Virus record (IMG/VR): IMGVR_UViG_3300032257_000532
Coordinates: 1-37,388 of that record
Direction: 5' to 3' (one strand)
Length of the DNA stretch: 37,388 nt
DNA from: a virus
Taxonomy: Duplodnaviria > Caudoviricetes
The notes beneath the pieces are model-generated. The model saw nothing but the letters and a program-made list of their open reading frames with translations. It made no database searches and was not told the DNA's origin. Positions 35,581-37,388 of the stretch are shown in pieces; position 1 is the stretch's first letter; each line of letters opens with the position of its first letter. Both the position numbers and the translations under genes were made by a program.

Positions 35581-36402
35581 ATGAAAGCTATCGCTCCGAC
35601 CAATCCCGTAGCACCTTACCAAGGCGGCAAGCGCAACCTCGCCAAGACCCTGATTCCGATCATCGACACCACCCCGCACACGGCCTACCGCGAGGTGTTT
35701 ATGGGCATGGGGGGCATCTTTTTGCGCCGCACCCGTATTCCCACTAACGAAGCCATCAACGACGCCTCCCAAGACGTCGCCAACCTGTTTCGCATCCTGC
35801 GCGAACACTTTCCCCAATTCATGGATGTGCTGCGCTTTCAACTTACCACACGCGCCGATTTTGATCGCTTGATGAAGGTCGACCCCGACACCCTGACCGA
35901 TCTGCAACGTGCGGCGCGATTCCTCTATTTGCAACGCACCGCGTTTGGCGGCAAGGTCGCCAAACGTACCTTTGGCGTGGCACCAGAACGGCCCGCAAGA
36001 TTTAACCTAATGCGTTTGGAACAAGATCTGGCCGACGTTCATGAACGGCTAGCGGGGGTGGTGATCGAATGTTTGGATTTCCGCGATTTCATTACCCGTT
36101 ACGACCGCAAGAACGCGCTGTTCTATCTCGACCCGCCCTACTGGAATTGTGAAGGCGACTACGGAAAAGAGCTGTTCAAACGCGAAGATTTCACCGATTT
36201 AGCAGCCCTTTTAAAGGGCCTCAAAGGCCGCTTTATCCTGTCTTTAAACGATGTTCCCGAGGTGCGCGACCTGTTTGCCTGGGCCGATATTCAGGCCGTG
36301 GAAACGACCTACAGCGTGGGGGGTGGGGGTAAGTCGAAAAAAGCGGGCGAGGTGATTGTCACCGGGGGACAGCGTGGAGCTGAAAAAGTCAGTGGTATAT
36401 AA
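35581..36402 (+). CDS. Dam-like (D12 class) DNA adenine methyltransferase at the mom position
   Basis: PYQGGKRNLA, Y.EVF.G.GG, AARFLYL, YLDPPY. Confidence 0.93.
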   Translation: MKAIAPTNPVAPYQGGKRNLAKTLIPIIDTTPHTAYREVFMGMGGIFLRRTRIPTNEAINDASQDVANLFRILREHFPQFMDVLRFQLTTRADFDRLMKVDPDTLTDLQRAARFLYLQRTAFGGKVAKRTFGVAPERPARFNLMRLEQDLADVHERLAGVVIECLDFRDFITRYDRKNALFYLDPPYWNCEGDYGKELFKREDFTDLAALLKGLKGRFILSLNDVPEVRDLFAWADIQAVETTYSVGGGGKSKKAGEVIVTGGQRGAEKVSGI

Positions 36403-36468
36403 TATCTTGGGCTTAGAAACCCTCTATAGGGATCAGGCACACTGGGTCAAAAGTGGCAATGGGGGACT

Positions 36469-37086
36469 ATGATGCCGATGGATGAAATTAAACAAGCCCG
36501 TGAGGCCCTTGAAGAAGCCCGGGAACGGTACACACAAGCTGTTTTGGCGCTGATGAAGGCGAATGAAGAACAGAGTGTGGAGCGCCGAACAGACGTCTAC
36601 AGAATTAATAAAGATAAATCCAACCAACAAACACAGGATAAGCACCAACTAATTGCCGATGCGCGTCTCACCATCCTGGAGGCGATAGAGCGGTATATGA
36701 ATGATAATGGTGTAGGTGTCAGAAACGCGGTGGAATCGGTTGCAAAAGGCTACCCTGGAAAGACACTTTTAGGGATTCCAAAGCAGGTTTATGGTGTTGT
36801 CTCACCGATGACGGAGACGACGCTCTGGAACTGGAGAAAGGCCTTCGGTGAGCACGGTCGCGAAGGCTTGCTTCCTCAACACAAGGGGCGGACGGCTTCA
36901 TACATATCTGCCCATCCCGAAATAGCCGCTTTCATTGAAAAAACGCTCGTCGAAAATACGGACATAACAGGGGTAAAATTACATGAAAAAATTGCTGTTG
37001 AAGCAGGAAAGCATGGCATTAAACCACCAAGTTTGAAGACGTGCACACGAATGATCTTGAAATGGCGTTCAAATGGACAGTTATAA
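36469..37086 (+). CDS. Stand-alone transposase end-binding-like HTH protein without catalytic domain
   Basis: GGGGG RBS; aligns by eye with the Ibeta-Igamma region of this phage's MuA. Confidence 0.7.
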   Translation: MMPMDEIKQAREALEEARERYTQAVLALMKANEEQSVERRTDVYRINKDKSNQQTQDKHQLIADARLTILEAIERYMNDNGVGVRNAVESVAKGYPGKTLLGIPKQVYGVVSPMTETTLWNWRKAFGEHGREGLLPQHKGRTASYISAHPEIAAFIEKTLVENTDITGVKLHEKIAVEAGKHGIKPPSLKTCTRMILKWRSNGQL

Positions 37087-37100
37087 GTAAGAATAAGGGC

Positions 37101-37178
37101 CTTAAATTCGCTTTTGAGGCCCTGCTTCCTGCTAAAAATTCAAGCTGCGGGGACTCTAAATTCCACCGACCCGCTACA
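37101..37178 (-). promoter_or_regulatory. Right end (attR) with transposase-binding repeats R1-R3
   Basis: CTCTAAATTCCAC (37154-37166), CTAAAAATTCAAG (37132-37144; 22-bp spacing) and CTTAAATTCGC (37101-37111) are inverted relative to the left-end motifs. Confidence 0.75.
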
Positions 37179-37183
37179 GAGAT
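37179..37183 (+). repeat. Right copy of 5-bp target-site duplication GAGAT
   Basis: Immediately follows the terminal CA at 37177-37178. Confidence 0.9.
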
Positions 37184-37217
37184 GGGCAATCCTAAAGCGA
37201 CCTATTTGCTACCTGAC

Positions 37218-37254
37218 AAATAAAAACGGCCTAGCCATTTCTGGCTAAGCCGTT
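37218..37254 (-). terminator. Rho-independent terminator of the tRNA
   Basis: Minus strand AACGGCTTAGCCA-GAAA-TGGCTAGGCCGTT-TTTATTT. Confidence 0.8.
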
Positions 37255-37262
37255 GATTTTAT

Positions 37263-37339
<77 letters not shown>

Positions 37340-37388
37340 GGAATGGTTTTGGTTTTTTTATGCGACAAACCCGCCCCGTTGTTTTTTT

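Larger units (their letters stand above)
157..37178 (+). mobile_element. Complete Mu-like transposable prophage (myovirus type), 37,022 bp
   Basis: Begins TGTGCGGGG at 157 and ends CCCGCTACA at 37178. GAGAT is duplicated on both sides. Contains MuA/MuB and a full set of Mu-like head and tail genes in canonical order. Confidence 0.95.

Noticed and set aside
35565-35747. 60-aa ORF as a Com homologue
   Set aside because: No CxxC zinc-finger pairs; kept only as a possible regulatory upstream start.
37205-37218. ...CCTGACA as the prophage right end
   Set aside because: The following bases (AATAA) do not match the left flank; the end at 37178 gives a perfect GAGAT duplication and aligned end motifs.

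Overview
The window holds an apparently complete 37,022-bp Mu-like transposable prophage (157..37178) with a contractile tail. Its ends are TGT...ACA, flanked by a 5-bp target-site duplication (GAGAT at 152-156 and 37179-37183), and both carry repeated GAATTTAG-type transposase-binding motifs. It is inserted 79 bp beyond the 3' end of a minus-strand initiator tRNA-fMet gene of alphaproteobacterial type, in what looks like the att/arm region of another integrative element. Gene order is: repressor/Ner switch, ParB-like, MuA, MuB, semi-essential genes (DUF3164, MT-A70 MTase), GemA, Mor/C activator, lysis, terminase, portal, MuF, protease/scaffold, capsid, tail and baseplate, short fibres, DUF1643, a Dam-like MTase at the mom position, and a terminal accessory gene. 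The most unusual signals are: (1) a stand-alone copy of the MuA end-binding (Ibeta-Igamma-like) domains with no catalytic domain, next to the right end; (2) a MuF protein with a predicted C-terminal nuclease extension followed not by an immunity ORF but by a convergent ~70-nt promoter-hairpin-terminator unit (candidate RNA antitoxin); (3) a switchable structured leader with a possible antisense promoter in front of the late MTase, with no com gene. Product calls come from my recognition of motifs and synteny; no database search was run.
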